Below the pieces are notes generated by a model. The model was not told the origin of the DNA. It made no database searches and saw nothing but the letters and a program-made list of their open reading frames with translations. Positions 26,815 through 27,721 of a DNA stretch of 27,721 bases are shown piece by piece. Numbering within the stretch: the first letter of the stretch is position 1; each line of letters begins with the position of its first letter. The DNA comes from Thermotogota bacterium (GTDB lineage: Bacteria > Bipolaricaulota > Bipolaricaulia > UBA7950 > UBA9294): positions 1-27,721 of the forward strand of contig JBDKUT010000005.1 in the NCBI GenBank assembly GCA_039679545.1, given 5' to 3'. Position numbers and translations under genes: made by a program.

Positions 26815-27721
26815 ATGACGCTCTGGGGCGGCTGTTTCGAAGGGGAGACGAACAAGAAAACGCGCCAGTTCGGCGACTCGATCAGCTTCGATCGCCGGCT
26901 GGCCGCGGCTGACGTTCAAGGCAACATGGCGTATGCAGAAGCGCTGCATCGCGTAGGCGTGCTCACTGCGGAAGAGCTGGCGCAGCTCGTAGCCGGGTTA
27001 GAAGGAATCGGCGACGAGATCGCCTCCGGAGCATTGGTTGTCGGCGTCGACGACGAGGACATCCACAGCGCGGTGGAGCGGCGACTGACGGAGCGCGTCG
27101 GCGCGACGGCCGGAAAACTCCACACGGGGCGGTCGCGTAACGACCAAGTAGCGACCGATCTTCGGTTGTACCTGATGAACGTGATCCCGAGACTCCGCGA
27201 GGAACTTGGCGGGCTTCAGGAGGCGGTGGTTGACAAGGCCGCGCAGCACTTGGCGGTCGTAATGCCAGGGTACACGCACTTCCAACAGGCCCAGCCGATG
27301 CTGTTCAGCCACTGGCTGATGTCATACTTTTGGAAGCTGGAGCGCGACGCGAACCGACTCTCCGACATCGAGGGACGAATCGACGTCTGTCCTCTCGGGT
27401 CTGGCGCCGTCGCGGGCACATCCTACCCAATCGATCGGGTGGCGCTCGCCACGCGGCTCGGCTTCTCCGCGCCGTCGGAGAACAGCCTCGACGCTGTCGA
27501 AGACCGCGACTTTGTAGCGGAGCTGCTGATGTGGGCTGCTCTGCTGCAAGTTCACTTGAGCAGCCTTGCGGAGACACTGATCGTTTGGTCGAGCGCCGAG
27601 TTTGGCTTCATCCGACTAACCGATGCATATGCCACCGGCTCAAGTCTCATGCCCCAGAAGCGGAACCCCGACACACTGGAGTTGATGCGTGGCAAGGCGG
27701 GGCGCCTGTTCGGCCTCGCCG
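26815..27721 (+). CDS. argH: Argininosuccinate lyase (3' end outside window)
   Basis: MTLWGG.F...SISFD.RL, EDIH, KLHTGRSRNDQV, MPGYTH.Q.AQP, PLGSGA, TGSSLMPQKRNPD; absent from the ORF track because no stop falls in the window. Confidence 0.97.
   Translation, partial: MTLWGGCFEGETNKKTRQFGDSISFDRRLAAADVQGNMAYAEALHRVGVLTAEELAQLVAGLEGIGDEIASGALVVGVDDEDIHSAVERRLTERVGATAGKLHTGRSRNDQVATDLRLYLMNVIPRLREELGGLQEAVVDKAAQHLAVVMPGYTHFQQAQPMLFSHWLMSYFWKLERDANRLSDIEGRIDVCPLGSGAVAGTSYPIDRVALATRLGFSAPSENSLDAVEDRDFVAELLMWAALLQVHLSSLAETLIVWSSAEFGFIRLTDAYATGSSLMPQKRNPDTLELMRGKAGRLFGLA

Noticed and set aside
26815..26840. ArgH N-terminus LWGGCF instead of LWGGRF
   Set aside because: A single substitution; catalytic motifs are intact, so there is no basis for a functional claim.

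Overview
GC-rich bacterial chromosomal segment. The lineage cannot be fixed from sequence alone; the archaeal-type FBP aldolase/phosphatase and archaeal-style thiolase/DUF35 pair suggest a deep-branching anaerobe. The left half (1-12.8 kb) holds a MarR/flavoprotein/nitroreductase operon (nitroreductase frameshifted), a GNAT + Cys-less thiolase + DUF35 operon, a NimA-like gene, a flavin disulfide oxidoreductase, rpsI-rpmE-DUF1385, fbp-hpt-tsaD and csoR-copA. The right half holds a ~700-bp ORF-poor, highly structured spacer bracketed by convergent sigma70-type promoters (candidate ncRNA pair), an Rrf2-cysK-cysE-tRNA thiolase operon, a GAF-PAS-HD-GYP gene, an internally deleted IS, a branched-chain amino acid ABC transporter split into two convergent units, and argG-argH (argH runs off the end). 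The best findings are: (1) each half of the transporter has its own promoter, Leu/Val/Ile/Met-rich leader peptide, alternative hairpins and intrinsic terminator, i.e. twin ribosome-dependent attenuators sharing the 10-mer TGTTGGTTAT; (2) the convergent structured RNA pair at 12.95-13.2 kb; (3) the thiolase with its catalytic Cys replaced by Pro, coupled to GNAT and DUF35 genes.
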